DNA from: an uncultured delta proteobacterium
Lineage (GTDB): Bacteria; Desulfobacterota; Syntrophia; Syntrophales; Smithellaceae
Assembly (NCBI GenBank): GCA_963753975.1
Contig: CAVWEH010000005.1
Coordinates: forward strand, 256,001-320,000
Direction: 5' to 3'
Length of the DNA stretch: 64,000 bases
The notes under the pieces were generated by a model that made no database searches, had not been told where the DNA came from, and saw nothing but the letters and a program-made list of their open reading frames with translations. Both the position numbers and the translations under genes were made by a program. Shown here piece by piece: positions 9,077 to 19,614 of the stretch. The first letter of the stretch is position 1; each line of letters opens with the position of its first letter.

Positions 9077-11200
9077 ATGGAACATACAACAATATTTTCA
9101 GTAGGAAACGAAGGGCGTGAAGTTTTCTGGAACGCTCAACATTTTGAACCGATACTTTTTGCCTTAACCGCGGTGGCGCTCATCATATTCGCTTACGGCA
9201 TTTACCAGCGCTGGAAACTATGGAGGGCCATGGGTAAAGACGAAATTCGCTGGGACAGACTCCCGGCCAGGATAAAATCCCTTTTCGTCAACGGCTTTTT
9301 GCAGGTAAAAACCTGGAGGGATGCGTATCCGGGAATTATGCACGGCTTAATCTTTTTTGGGTTTTTTGTACTTCTCTTCGGGGCTATTTTCGATGCCGGA
9401 GAATTCCACATCACGGAACCCTTTTTTGGCTGGTCGTTTTTACGCGGTAAATTTTATCTTGTTTTTGCCTTTCTGATGCAACTTTTCGGTCTTTGTGTGC
9501 TGATCGGCATACTGCTTGCGCTTTTCCGTCGTTATGTGCTCAAACCGGAACGTCTCGGATATAAAGGCAAGCCGGATAATACTGCCGATGACGCGATTGC
9601 CCTGCTCTTCATTCTGGGCATCATCGTGACAGGGTTCCTCATTAGTGCCTTAAGAATCCATGTAACTTATCAGCAAGCTCCCTGGGAATCGGTTAGGTTC
9701 GTCAGCTGGGGCATTGCCTACGCACTTACTGGCGTCGAGACATCCACCGCTTTGATTCTTCATAAGGTTATGTGGTGGACGCATACGTTTATAGCGCTGG
9801 GATTTATCGCTTACATTCCCTACTCGCGGCTTTTGCACATGATTACGACACCGGTCAATCACTTCCTCTTGTCTTTGAAACCCACGGGATATCTGGAGCC
9901 GATTCGCGATTTTGAAAACGCGGAATCTTTCGGCGCTGGTAAATTGGAAGATTTTACCTGGAAACAAATTTTCGATTCGGATGCCTGCACGCGCTGCGGG
10001 CGCTGTCAGGACGGCTGTCCGGCTTATCTTTCCGGCAAGCCCCTCTCGCCTAAAAAAGTGATCCAGGATATCAAAACCTACTGGCTGGAAAAAGCCCCCG
10101 CGGCGATTAAGGCAAAAGCCGCCGCCGCTCCTGACGCCGCCGCAGATGCGGTGCCGGAAAAGACTCTCGCCGGCGGAGTAATTGATCTACATGAATTATG
10201 GGCGTGTACGAACTGCATGTATTGCATGGAACACTGCTCATCTTCCATCGAGCACGTGCCCAAAATCGTTAACATGAGGCAATACAAGGTGCTCACCGAA
10301 GCCGATTTCGCCCCGGAATTGCAGTTGACTTACCGCAATATGGAAAACAATTCCAATCCCTGGGGTGTAGGCGCCCATTTACGCGCTGATTGGGCCAAAG
10401 ATCTGGGCGTAAAAACTTTGGCGGAAAATCCCCAGGTCGAATATCTATATTACGTCGGTTGTTCCGGCTCCTTCGACGATCGCGGCAAAAAAGTATCGAC
10501 TGCCTTTGCCAAAATTTTGCAGGCAGCGGGCGTCAGCTTCGGCATTTTAGGCAACGAAGAAGGCTGTTGCGGCGATTCAGCCATGCGCGGTGGCAACGAA
10601 TACCTCTTCCAGACCCAAGCCCAGGCCAACATCGCCGTCATGAACGGCTACGGCGTGAAAAAAATAATTACGACCTGCCCGCACGGTTATAATGCCCTGA
10701 AAAAAGATTATCCTAACTTCGGCGGAAATTTTGAAGTTTATCATCACACCGAAATCATCGCCAATTTACTTGCTTCCGGAAAAATTACTCTGTCCCAACC
10801 GCTCACGGGGTTGTTTACTTATCATGATTCCTGTTTCCTCGGCCGTTATAACGACATATATAAACAGCCACGCCAGATTTTGAAGGCTGTCCCCGGTATA
10901 AAACTTGTGGAGATGGATCGCAACATGTCTAAGAGTTTTTGTTGCGGCGCCGGCGGCGCCAGGATGTGGATGGAGGAAGATATCGGAGACCGCATCAACC
11001 ACATGCGGACCGATCAGGCCGCGGCAACAAAGGCCTCTACGGTGGCCGTCGCTTGTCCTTTCTGTCTGACCATGCTCTCTGACGGCATTAAAGACCGGCA
11101 ATTGTCGGAAAAAATGGCCTCTCTGGATATTGCCGAAATCGTCTTAAAAGCAATGGGACTGGAAGAGACCAAACCTGCGGCGGATGTTTGCGCAACATAA
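9077..11200 (+). CDS. Membrane-bound Fe-S oxidoreductase (NarI-like cytochrome b domain, 2x[4Fe-4S], CCG domains; DUF224/ETF:quinone oxidoreductase type)
   Basis: Hydrophobic N-half with candidate heme His (MHGLIF, WWTHTF, LLHM), CTRCGRCQDGCP and CTNCMYCMEHC ferredoxin motifs, two CCG motifs. ATG 9077 follows GGAGG; directly downstream of etfA. Confidence 0.9.
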   Translation: MEHTTIFSVGNEGREVFWNAQHFEPILFALTAVALIIFAYGIYQRWKLWRAMGKDEIRWDRLPARIKSLFVNGFLQVKTWRDAYPGIMHGLIFFGFFVLLFGAIFDAGEFHITEPFFGWSFLRGKFYLVFAFLMQLFGLCVLIGILLALFRRYVLKPERLGYKGKPDNTADDAIALLFILGIIVTGFLISALRIHVTYQQAPWESVRFVSWGIAYALTGVETSTALILHKVMWWTHTFIALGFIAYIPYSRLLHMITTPVNHFLLSLKPTGYLEPIRDFENAESFGAGKLEDFTWKQIFDSDACTRCGRCQDGCPAYLSGKPLSPKKVIQDIKTYWLEKAPAAIKAKAAAAPDAAADAVPEKTLAGGVIDLHELWACTNCMYCMEHCSSSIEHVPKIVNMRQYKVLTEADFAPELQLTYRNMENNSNPWGVGAHLRADWAKDLGVKTLAENPQVEYLYYVGCSGSFDDRGKKVSTAFAKILQAAGVSFGILGNEEGCCGDSAMRGGNEYLFQTQAQANIAVMNGYGVKKIITTCPHGYNALKKDYPNFGGNFEVYHHTEIIANLLASGKITLSQPLTGLFTYHDSCFLGRYNDIYKQPRQILKAVPGIKLVEMDRNMSKSFCCGAGGARMWMEEDIGDRINHMRTDQAAATKASTVAVACPFCLTMLSDGIKDRQLSEKMASLDIAEIVLKAMGLEETKPAADVCAT

Positions 11201-11235
11201 ATGGCTGTTATTGAGCAGTAAATTTTTAATTTCAT

Positions 11236-11271
11236 AAAAAGCCCGATCTTGAATAAAGAACGGGCTTTTTT
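11236..11271 (+). terminator. Rho-independent terminator (possibly bidirectional)
   Basis: aaaaagcccg...cgggcttttt. Confidence 0.75.
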
Positions 11272-11352
11272 ATGGCAATTTTTCCAGATTTGTTTTATTT
11301 TTCCGCTTATAGTATAAGAGATGCATTCACCAGAAAGGATGGTAATAAATTT

Positions 11353-13047
11353 ATGGCTACAAAAATAGGTTATCAGGATAAACCATGGCTTAAGTCTTAT
11401 CAGAAAGGCGTACCCGAATATATCAAGTACGAAGAAATTTGCATGCCCGACATTTTGGAGCGGACAGCGGTTCAATTTCCAAAAAACGCTGCTTTAATTT
11501 TTCAGGGCTATAAACTCAATTTTACGCAACTCGCCGAAATGGTGAGTAAATTTGCCACTTGTCTGAATGATTTTGGCGTCAAGAAAGGCGATGCCGTAGC
11601 CATTTTACTACCCAATATGATCCCCTGCGTGGCGGCTTTTTTTGCCGTTTTGAAAGTAGGCGCGATCACAGTGATGAACAATCCTCTTTATTCCGACCGG
11701 GAATTGGAATATCAATTTAATAACTCCGGAGCTAAGGTATTGATTACCATCGACCTGCTCGGCAATCGGATGATCGATCTGCGTCCCCGCACATCAATCA
11801 AACAAATAATTATCACCTCTCTCGGGGACTACCTTCCTTTTCCCAAAAATATTTTATTCCCATTGGTAGCCAAAAAGAAGAAACTGGCGGCTGATGTAAA
11901 AGCCGCTGCCGACGTTTATCGCTGGAAAGATTTAATAGCTAAATATCCACCGCATCCACCGCAAGTAAACATTACCTTTGAAGATATAGCCATGTATCAG
12001 TATACTGGTGGGACAACAGGCATTTCCAAAGGCGTGGAATTAACCCATTCCAATTTAAGCAAACAGGCGCAACAACTTTCCGCCTGGTTTCCCGATTTAG
12101 AAAAGGGCAAAGAGAGAATGCTGGGAGCGCTGCCCTATTTCCACGTTTTCGGCATGTCCTGTGTGATGAATATTTCCGTATTTAATGGCTGGTCGCAGGT
12201 GCTGATTCCCCGGCCACAGCCAGAGGCCCTCTTGGAGGCAATTAAAAAATTTAAACCTTCTTTTGCGCCGCTTGTCCCCACTATGTATATCGGCCTTTTA
12301 AACCTTCCGGCCTTGAAAAAAACAGATGTAAGTTTTATTACTGGCGCTTTTTCCGGCAGTGCACCTCTGCCGGTGGAAGTGATTCGTAATTTTGAAAATA
12401 TTACCAAAGGAGTTATCGTCGAAGGCTTCGGCATGACGGAAACAACGCCGGTTACTCATATCAATCCCTTCGCTGATGGCGCCCGTAAAATTGGTTCCAT
12501 AGGTGTGCCTATTTCGGATACTTTATGCCGGATAGTTGATCTGGAAGAAGGCAAAAAAGATATGCCCATCGGCGAACGCGGCGAGTTGATTATTAAGGGA
12601 CCGCAGGTAATGAGAGGCTATAAAGACAATCCTTCAGAAACGGCTAACACTTTGCGCAATGGCTGGATTTATACCGGCGATATCGCGACCATGGATGAAG
12701 ACGGCTATTTTTATATCGTCGACCGCAAAAAAGATATGATTATTACCGGCGGCTATAATGTTTATCCGCGTGACGTCGACGAAATTTTTTATATGCATCC
12801 CAAAGTGCAAGAAGCTTGCGCGATCGGCATTCCCGATCCCAAGCGAGGCGAAAATATTAAAGTTTTTGTCGTCCTGAAAGAGGGACAAACCGCCACGGCT
12901 GAGGAATTAATTGAATTCGCGAAAACTAAGCTTGCCGTTTATAAGCTGCCTACGGAAATTGAATTTCGCAAAGAACTACCCAAAACCAATGTCGGAAAAA
13001 TATTGCGCAAAGAATTGCGGGCGGAAGAATTAAAGAAAAGGAAATAA
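11353..13047 (+). CDS. Long-chain fatty acid--CoA ligase (FadD-like)
   Basis: YTGGTTGISKG, EGFGMTET, YTGDIA, VDRKKDMII and LPKTNVGKILRKEL AMP-binding motifs. Confidence 0.93.
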   Translation: MATKIGYQDKPWLKSYQKGVPEYIKYEEICMPDILERTAVQFPKNAALIFQGYKLNFTQLAEMVSKFATCLNDFGVKKGDAVAILLPNMIPCVAAFFAVLKVGAITVMNNPLYSDRELEYQFNNSGAKVLITIDLLGNRMIDLRPRTSIKQIIITSLGDYLPFPKNILFPLVAKKKKLAADVKAAADVYRWKDLIAKYPPHPPQVNITFEDIAMYQYTGGTTGISKGVELTHSNLSKQAQQLSAWFPDLEKGKERMLGALPYFHVFGMSCVMNISVFNGWSQVLIPRPQPEALLEAIKKFKPSFAPLVPTMYIGLLNLPALKKTDVSFITGAFSGSAPLPVEVIRNFENITKGVIVEGFGMTETTPVTHINPFADGARKIGSIGVPISDTLCRIVDLEEGKKDMPIGERGELIIKGPQVMRGYKDNPSETANTLRNGWIYTGDIATMDEDGYFYIVDRKKDMIITGGYNVYPRDVDEIFYMHPKVQEACAIGIPDPKRGENIKVFVVLKEGQTATAEELIEFAKTKLAVYKLPTEIEFRKELPKTNVGKILRKELRAEELKKRK

Positions 13048-13096
13048 GCTCAAATTTTTCCGAGTGATGATAGTATCTGCAATTTACACACTCGTT

Positions 13097-13150
13097 ATTT
13101 AGGGCGCGTTTCCCCCGGCATTCGTCAGGCCAGCAGGACGCGCCCTAAAT
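13097..13150. repeat. REP-like palindrome
   Basis: atttagggcgcgt...acgcgccctaaat inverted repeat; shares agggcgcgtttcccc with 2829-2843. Confidence 0.55.
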
Positions 13151-13171
13151 GGCGAAAAAGGAAGGTCACAA

Positions 13172-13954
13172 ATGGGATACAAAAACATTCTTTTAAACAC
13201 CGAAGAAGATATTGCGACCATTACATTCAACCGGCCTAAAGTTTTAAATGCCATGAATTCCGAAGTACTTGAGGAGATTTATGATGCGGTAACAATCTGT
13301 GCTGGGAACGACAGCGTAAAGGCTTTAATATTGACCGGAGCCGGCAACAAGGCCTTCGTGGCCGGAGCTGATATTGCGCAAATGCAAAATTCCACATCAG
13401 TGGAAATTCTGCAATTAATGGAATTGGGACATCGCACTTTGCGGGTGATCGAAACTATGCCCAAACCATCGATTGCCGCGATAAATGGCTTTGCACTGGG
13501 CGGCGGCACGGAAATAGCGCTGGCCTGCGACATTAGATTTGCTGCGGAAAGCGCCATTTTCGGTCAACCGGAAATTTTAATCGGCGTTATCCCCGGCTGG
13601 GGAGGCACCAAGCGGCTACCACGCCTCGTCGGAATGGGAATAGCCAAAGAAATGATTCTGGGCGGCATGCAAGTTAACGCCGAAAGAGCCTACGAAATCG
13701 GGCTGGTCAATAAAGTTTTTCCCGCGGATAAGCTTTTGGAAGAAGCCAAAAAATTCGCCAAGAAACTGGCGACACTTCCTTCTTTCGCTTTAAAGATGGC
13801 TAAAAATGCCATTAATTACGGGTTTGATATGTCGCTGGACAACGCCAGCTTGCTGGAAATAGGTTGTATCGCGCAATGTTTTGCCACCGAAGATCAAAAA
13901 GAAGGCATGAAGGCGTTTCTGGAAAAAAGAAAACCTACGTTCACAGGAAAATAA
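13172..13954 (+). CDS. Enoyl-CoA hydratase (crotonase)
   Basis: NRPKVLNA, AFVAGADI, ALGGGTEIALACD, GQPEILIGVIPGWGGT, AFLEKRKP; both catalytic Glu positions present. Confidence 0.93.
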   Translation: MGYKNILLNTEEDIATITFNRPKVLNAMNSEVLEEIYDAVTICAGNDSVKALILTGAGNKAFVAGADIAQMQNSTSVEILQLMELGHRTLRVIETMPKPSIAAINGFALGGGTEIALACDIRFAAESAIFGQPEILIGVIPGWGGTKRLPRLVGMGIAKEMILGGMQVNAERAYEIGLVNKVFPADKLLEEAKKFAKKLATLPSFALKMAKNAINYGFDMSLDNASLLEIGCIAQCFATEDQKEGMKAFLEKRKPTFTGK

Positions 13955-14257
13955 ACGTTCAACGTTAAACATTCAAAGATATTTTTTAAACCTAGAACGT
14001 AGAACTTTTAATTTGCTCTAACCTATATTTCACTTGACAGATAGTGTCCAATCAAGATGGGTCTTGACAATTGTTACACCTACAAAGTGTGAGTAGCAGG
14101 TAGTCGTCAGAATTGAGGATTACTGATGGAAAGAAAGTAAGAAGCACAAATCTCTTCGAGCTAAACAAAAAACATCTGAAAATCCTTATCGCTTGCATTT
14201 CGCCAATAAATAATTCATAGAATTTGTCATTAACTCAGAAAATCTTAAATTGGGATT

Positions 14258-15550
14258 ATGTCTTTAAGATCAACATTCAGAGCCTTGCAGTATAGAAATT
14301 ACCGTCTCTTTTTTCTTGGACAGGGCACATCTTTAATGGGCACCTGGATGCAGCGTGTTGCTACAGCCTGGCTGGTATACCGGCTTACCAATTCGGCGGT
14401 TTTACTCGGAGTGGTGGGATTTGTCAGCCAAATTCCGACTTTTATACTTTCGCCTCTCGGCGGGGTGATCGCTGATAGATGGAATAAGAAAAATATTTTC
14501 CTCGTAACCCAGGTTCTGGCTATGATTCAGGCCCTCGTCCTTGCGGTTCTCGTAGTACAAGGCACAATCACGGTGTCCTGGATAATTTTCTTAAATGTTT
14601 GTCTCGGTTTAATCAACGCTTTTGATATCACCGCACGACAATCTTTCGTAGTTGATATGATTGAGAACAAAGCTGATCTCAGTAATGCAATCGCCTTAAA
14701 TTCATCCATGGTAAATGGAGCCCGGTTATTGGGGCCTTCAATCACAGGAATATTGATAGCATTTGCAGGCGAGGGTGTTTGTTTTTTCATTAACAGCGCA
14801 AGTTACCTGGTAATAATAATAGCTTTACTTAGAATGAAAATTACTCCCCTAAAAAAGAAAAGAAAAAATACGCATATAATCAATGATTTTAAAGAAGGAT
14901 TTATTTATATTTACAAATCTGTTCCTATGCGCTCCACTATATTTTTATTGGCATTGGTAAGCCTTTTAGGAATGCCTTATCAGGTATTAATGCCTGTATT
15001 TGCAAAACAAGTTCTGGGTGGTGGGTCTCATACCCTTGGATTCCTCATGGGTGCAACGGGTCTTGGAGCATTAATTGGTGCGATATATCTCGCTTCCAGA
15101 AAAAGTAGTGAAAATATATGGAAACTTATACCCGTCTCTGCCGCTATATTCGGTATTGGATTAATAGCCTTTTCACTTTCTAGAAGTTTATGGCTTTCTT
15201 TATTGCTTCTTTTAATTGCTGGCTGGGGAATGATGGTCCAAATGGCTTCCAGCAATACGTTGCTTCAAGTTTTAGTAGACGATGATAAGAGAGGTCGCAT
15301 AATGGCATTTTATGCAATGGCCTTCATGGGGACGGTTCCTTTCGGGAGTTTGCTTGCGGGCAGCCTTGCCGGACTCATCGGCGCGCCGAACACCGTTTTT
15401 GTTGGCGGTGCTCTGTGTATTCTAGGCGCTTTTGCGCTCTTTAGAGATATCCGGTTGGCAAAGGATGTGATGCCTGTAGCGGAAAAGGAAATCACCCCGG
15501 AAATGGAAGCAGGAATTGAATCTTCAGAAGAAGTCACGGATTCTTTGTAA
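14258..15550 (+). CDS. MFS transporter (DHA3/MFS_3-like)
   Basis: RNYRLFFLGQGTSLMGTWMQ, GVIADRWNKK motif A, about 12 hydrophobic segments. Confidence 0.88.
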   Translation: MSLRSTFRALQYRNYRLFFLGQGTSLMGTWMQRVATAWLVYRLTNSAVLLGVVGFVSQIPTFILSPLGGVIADRWNKKNIFLVTQVLAMIQALVLAVLVVQGTITVSWIIFLNVCLGLINAFDITARQSFVVDMIENKADLSNAIALNSSMVNGARLLGPSITGILIAFAGEGVCFFINSASYLVIIIALLRMKITPLKKKRKNTHIINDFKEGFIYIYKSVPMRSTIFLLALVSLLGMPYQVLMPVFAKQVLGGGSHTLGFLMGATGLGALIGAIYLASRKSSENIWKLIPVSAAIFGIGLIAFSLSRSLWLSLLLLLIAGWGMMVQMASSNTLLQVLVDDDKRGRIMAFYAMAFMGTVPFGSLLAGSLAGLIGAPNTVFVGGALCILGAFALFRDIRLAKDVMPVAEKEITPEMEAGIESSEEVTDSL

Positions 15551-15565
15551 ATGGGGAGGATGACT

Positions 15566-16243
15566 ATGAACGATAACATTAAAGTTATTAATTTGGATTT
15601 TGTAAATGCATTCTTAATAAAGGTTAAAGATGGCTATATTTTAATTGATACCGGTTTGCCCCAACAGTGGAAAAAGCTGGATGAGGAATTAATATCTTCA
15701 GGTTGTTTACCCGGCAGATTAAAACTTGTAATAATAACTCACGGCGATTGGGACCACACGGGCAACTGTTCAATGTTGCAGGAAAAATATAAAGCCAAGA
15801 TCGCTATGCATTCCGCCGACGCTTTTATGGCAGAGGGCCAAGTGTTCCTCAAACGCAAAATAAGAACGTTGTCCCGTAGAATCTTTTTTATGTTCAGGAT
15901 GCTGATGATGAAGCTGCAAAGAAACAAAATAAGTTTTAACAAATTCAAGCCCGACATACTTTTGACTAACGGACAAGATATGAGAGAATATGGTTTTGAT
16001 GCAAAAATCATTCACATTCCGGGACACACCAAAGGTTCCATAGGAATTTTAACTGACGAAGGCAACTTTTTTGCCGGGGACACATTCGTGAACAGAAAGA
16101 AACCTGATAGTGCAGAGATCATCGCCAATTTACAGAAACTTGAAAACAGTATCGACATGTTGAAGAAAATGAATATTAAAATGGTCTATCCCGGTCATGG
16201 TAGACCGTTTATGATGGAAAATTATTTAAAAACAAGTATATAA
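15566..16243 (+). CDS. Metallo-beta-lactamase-fold hydrolase
   Basis: LIDTG, THGDWDHTG, PGHTKGS, AGD, YPGHG. GGAGG RBS before ATG 15566. Confidence 0.88.
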   Translation: MNDNIKVINLDFVNAFLIKVKDGYILIDTGLPQQWKKLDEELISSGCLPGRLKLVIITHGDWDHTGNCSMLQEKYKAKIAMHSADAFMAEGQVFLKRKIRTLSRRIFFMFRMLMMKLQRNKISFNKFKPDILLTNGQDMREYGFDAKIIHIPGHTKGSIGILTDEGNFFAGDTFVNRKKPDSAEIIANLQKLENSIDMLKKMNIKMVYPGHGRPFMMENYLKTSI

Positions 16244-16481
16244 AATTGATGAACTCGCATATAATCTTGTCGAGATTCAGCGATAGTCCAGTTCATAAGT
16301 GTGACGAAGCGTCGAACAGAGGTTACTCCTGCTGATTATCACTGTAGACATCAGATTTTAATATGAATGGCAATCTATTGGCAGCAAAGAAAAACAATAA
16401 GGGTATAAAAATGCTAATGACTGCTACCGTATGAACCAAAATGTGCCACTTTATCCGTTAATTTTTCATAGATCAATTTTA

Positions 16482-17756
16482 TCAAGTTATCCAATTTGGA
16501 CGGTTGTTCATCCAAAATCTCACAGTTTTACGTATCCACGCCTCAATTTCCTTAACAACATAAAACTTCGGTATGAGCAAATTGTCTTCCTGTGAAATCA
16601 TACCATCGCTGATAGCGACTTTTGCTAATTTTGTATTGGGATAGATACGAATACCGATAGTGATTTTTAATGCGTCCAAGTCCAGTGAATCGGCAAAAGC
16701 CAGGCTTTGTTTTACGGTCTCTTTTGTTTCACCGGGGCCTCCCAGCAGTAAAAACCCCATTCGTTTGATTCCAATATCCCTCAGTATATCAGATGTTCGG
16801 CGAATGGAATCCAAGCTGAATTTTTTGTTCATATTGCGCAGTATTTGCTCACTGCCGCTTTCAAAACCCAGGCTGACTTCTTTACAACCAGCTTTTACCA
16901 GCAAATCAGCCAATTCCTTATCAATAATCCCAGGGTAAAAAATGCACCTCCAAGATATTCCCAGTTTTTTATCTATGATCTTACGGCAAAGATCTTTAGC
17001 GTAAGACAAAGGCATATTAAATATATTGTCAACGAAATAGAATCTTTTATATCCGGCATCCACGTGGCGCACAATATTCTCAATGACAAATTCCGGACTT
17101 CGTTTCCGAATAGGGCGCCCTTCTATGTCTGCTGTAGAACAATAATTGCAGTTCATGGGACAGCCGCGCCTGGTCTGGATAGGTATTCCAAAATCATCAT
17201 TGTCGGGACTTGGTATTGACCACATCTTTTCATCGGGAAAAGGCAATTCATCCAAAACCTTTGCATACTGTCTTTCACCCTGAAGTCCGACTCCTCGTAA
17301 ATAAAGTCCTGGCGTTCCCGAAAGATCGGCACTCTGTTGCATCCGATATAAAAGAGCAGGGAAAGCTATCTCCCCCTCTCCTTGTATTCCCATGTCTGCT
17401 TCCAGATAATTGAGTGCGCTCTCCGGGAATATACTATAACCGGCTCCACCTAACACGATAGGAACATCTGATACGTTTCTGCACTCGCCGATAATCTCTT
17501 TGACTTGATTCAATAGAAATCTTGGGGTAGTCATGTTCTGGTCATCGATATTTCTTATGGAGATGCCGATGATCTCGGGACTAAAAGATTTTATCGTTAG
17601 ATTTAGAGCCTCTTCAGTGTTCTTTTCCGTCAAGAGATCCAATAAACGTACATCATGTCCTGCGTTTCGCGTAGCCACAGCGACACAATTCAATCCCAAA
17701 GGTAAAGGAAGAATATTGGTCTGCTCGGTATTGGCAGAAACAAGGAGGACTCTCAT
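16482..17756 (-). CDS. Cobalamin-binding radical SAM protein
   Basis: N-terminal PLGL and GISIRNID/VLGGAG B12-binding region, RGCPMNCNYC (CxxxCxxC), FVDNIF, GFESGS. Confidence 0.9.
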   Translation of the reverse strand: MRVLLVSANTEQTNILPLPLGLNCVAVATRNAGHDVRLLDLLTEKNTEEALNLTIKSFSPEIIGISIRNIDDQNMTTPRFLLNQVKEIIGECRNVSDVPIVLGGAGYSIFPESALNYLEADMGIQGEGEIAFPALLYRMQQSADLSGTPGLYLRGVGLQGERQYAKVLDELPFPDEKMWSIPSPDNDDFGIPIQTRRGCPMNCNYCSTADIEGRPIRKRSPEFVIENIVRHVDAGYKRFYFVDNIFNMPLSYAKDLCRKIIDKKLGISWRCIFYPGIIDKELADLLVKAGCKEVSLGFESGSEQILRNMNKKFSLDSIRRTSDILRDIGIKRMGFLLLGGPGETKETVKQSLAFADSLDLDALKITIGIRIYPNTKLAKVAISDGMISQEDNLLIPKFYVVKEIEAWIRKTVRFWMNNRPNWIT

Positions 17757-18511
17757 GGCTTTCCCATTTTAATTCTTTGTCTAACTTTATCCCAGGATTT
17801 TGTGATCAAGAAGCTTTCTTCCATATTATCTGCCATTCGTACGAATTTTGGCCAGGGGATAGAAAAGGAAAGTACTTCAGGAGAAACACAAGGCCGGGCA
17901 GAGACATCAAACATACCCAATACTGCACAAGGTCGTTCAGATTGGAGTTCATGGTAAGGATAATAAACTATCGTACTGCAACCGGCACCAAAGGGAGCAA
18001 TGACCCTATTGGGTTCCGTTTCGTCATAATTTGCTAAAGTGAAAAGACCGGAAAGGACATCCGGAGAAGCAAAAAAAATGATCACTAACGGTTCGTCACT
18101 TTCTTCCATGGAGTCCCACCGTTTGAACACAATATATTTTGCAGGTGCTTTAAACAGGGTCTGTTGCTTCATGATTTCTTTAACAATTTCTGGAGACTTC
18201 TTATATCTTTCCCCCTCAAGTTTTCCCGGAATACCGTAAGAAAGAAAATATTCAAAATTGGGTGCCTGGTTATCTTCGAAGCCCAGGTAGCGCCTTCCAC
18301 CGCCACAGCCTATTGTATGGACATCAAAACATCTTGCAGCGCCCTTGCGTACACTTGCTAAATCACCAATGATACAGCGATGTCCTTTCGGGGACTTTAA
18401 CATGTTCTTTTCTTCTTTCACATTGGTGTAGTAAAATCCAACGGGTAAATCCGCTCCAGGAAAATATTTATTCCATTTCTGTTCGAATTCATTCTTAAAT
18501 TTCTTTTCCAC
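17753..18511 (-). CDS. DUF169-like Cys-containing protein
   Basis: HRC, IGCGGGRRYLGF, PFGAGC, GMFDVSARP pattern. GTG start with GGAGG; stop overlaps the radical SAM ATG (ATGA). Confidence 0.7.
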   Translation of the reverse strand: MEKKFKNEFEQKWNKYFPGADLPVGFYYTNVKEEKNMLKSPKGHRCIIGDLASVRKGAARCFDVHTIGCGGGRRYLGFEDNQAPNFEYFLSYGIPGKLEGERYKKSPEIVKEIMKQQTLFKAPAKYIVFKRWDSMEESDEPLVIIFFASPDVLSGLFTLANYDETEPNRVIAPFGAGCSTIVYYPYHELQSERPCAVLGMFDVSARPCVSPEVLSFSIPWPKFVRMADNMEESFLITKSWDKVRQRIKMGKP

Positions 18512-18732
18512 GACGATCCTCCTTCACTTTTAAAATATAACTATATAGATACTTGCCATTGTCGGTTAACATTTCTTTTTTGCATATTTATCTGTTTGCA
18601 ATTCTATTACCACCGTCATTATTCACATCTTAAATGCTGACTTGCCGCCGATACCTGTATTACATGTTAAGTTAGAATTCCGCCATTTTGAGGGTTCCCC
18701 AAAAACTGATTGGCGTAAAAAAACTATTGCGA

Positions 18733-19182
18733 TCAACCTCTCACAATGAGTATAGGAATCCTTGTATCATTGTGAATAACACCATAGGAAACACTACCAA
18801 GGACCGTGGCCGATAAGGCGCTCCTTCCACTGGAGCCCATAACAATAAGATTTGCCTTTGACCTCTTCGCCTCTTTCACAATCTCCTCCACGGGACGCCC
18901 CATCTTTATAGAAATCTTCGATGCGACACCGCTTTTATCACAAAGTTTCTTTATTTCTCCGGCATACCTTTTAGCAACCTTTTTCAGATAATCCTCAATA
19001 GGTTCTATTATATATATTGCTGTCTCCAGTCCGGGACCTGGTTGGGCTATCAGTGAGCGTATATCAATAACGCTCAGAGCAATAATTGAGGCCTTCAGCT
19101 GTTTGGCGAGGTCAACCGCATACCTGGCTGCTCTTTGAGCTGTTTTTGACCCGTCTGACGGCACAAGAATTTTTGAAATCAT
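18733..19182 (-). CDS. Universal stress protein (UspA family)
   Basis: KILVPSDGS, LIVMGSSGRS..VLGSVS, PILIV; AGGAGG RBS. Confidence 0.92.
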   Translation of the reverse strand: MISKILVPSDGSKTAQRAARYAVDLAKQLKASIIALSVIDIRSLIAQPGPGLETAIYIIEPIEDYLKKVAKRYAGEIKKLCDKSGVASKISIKMGRPVEEIVKEAKRSKANLIVMGSSGRSALSATVLGSVSYGVIHNDTRIPILIVRG

Positions 19183-19614
19183 ACATCCTCCTTTAATCAT
19201 TTTAAAAAAGGTAAAGCAGTATGTTCTGATTTATAGGAACTTTCTTTTTCGCTGCGGGAGTATATGAAAAATGATCTTATGCGTCAATGAAATATAGATA
19301 ACAAAATGTGGGGTATGTTGTCGATGTTTGTCTCCGGGCCTGAATGGTATTTATTACGAATTGAACGAAAGTATGTCTGTGAAAAATCCTGTCCGCCTTA
19401 CTCACTTACAGGAAGGATGTGACAGCAATCAGTTATCTCTATTAGATATGATGTTGATAGCCTTATTTATGAAAGAAAAACATCATATATTTATTAGTGG
19501 TTATCGTTTGTAATATTGAATTTTTCTCTGAGGCGGTAATGTGTGGATAACAGGAATTATCGATTATCTTGACACTCACTGTCAGGTCAAGTTCTGTTTA
19601 GGGCACTTAATTTA

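Noticed and set aside
13953..14010. Short degenerate heptamer runs (aacgttc aacgtta aacattc; aacctag aacgtag)
   Set aside because: Too few and too degenerate to call a functional tandem repeat.
19542..19550. Perfect DnaA box (TGTGGATAA)
   Set aside because: Single copy, with no box cluster or dnaA/dnaN context, so not oriC.
14035..19584. Similar TGACA-N5-TGTC motifs at 14035 and 19570 as possible ends of an island
   Set aside because: Short, self-palindromic and imperfect; no transposase or target duplication seen.
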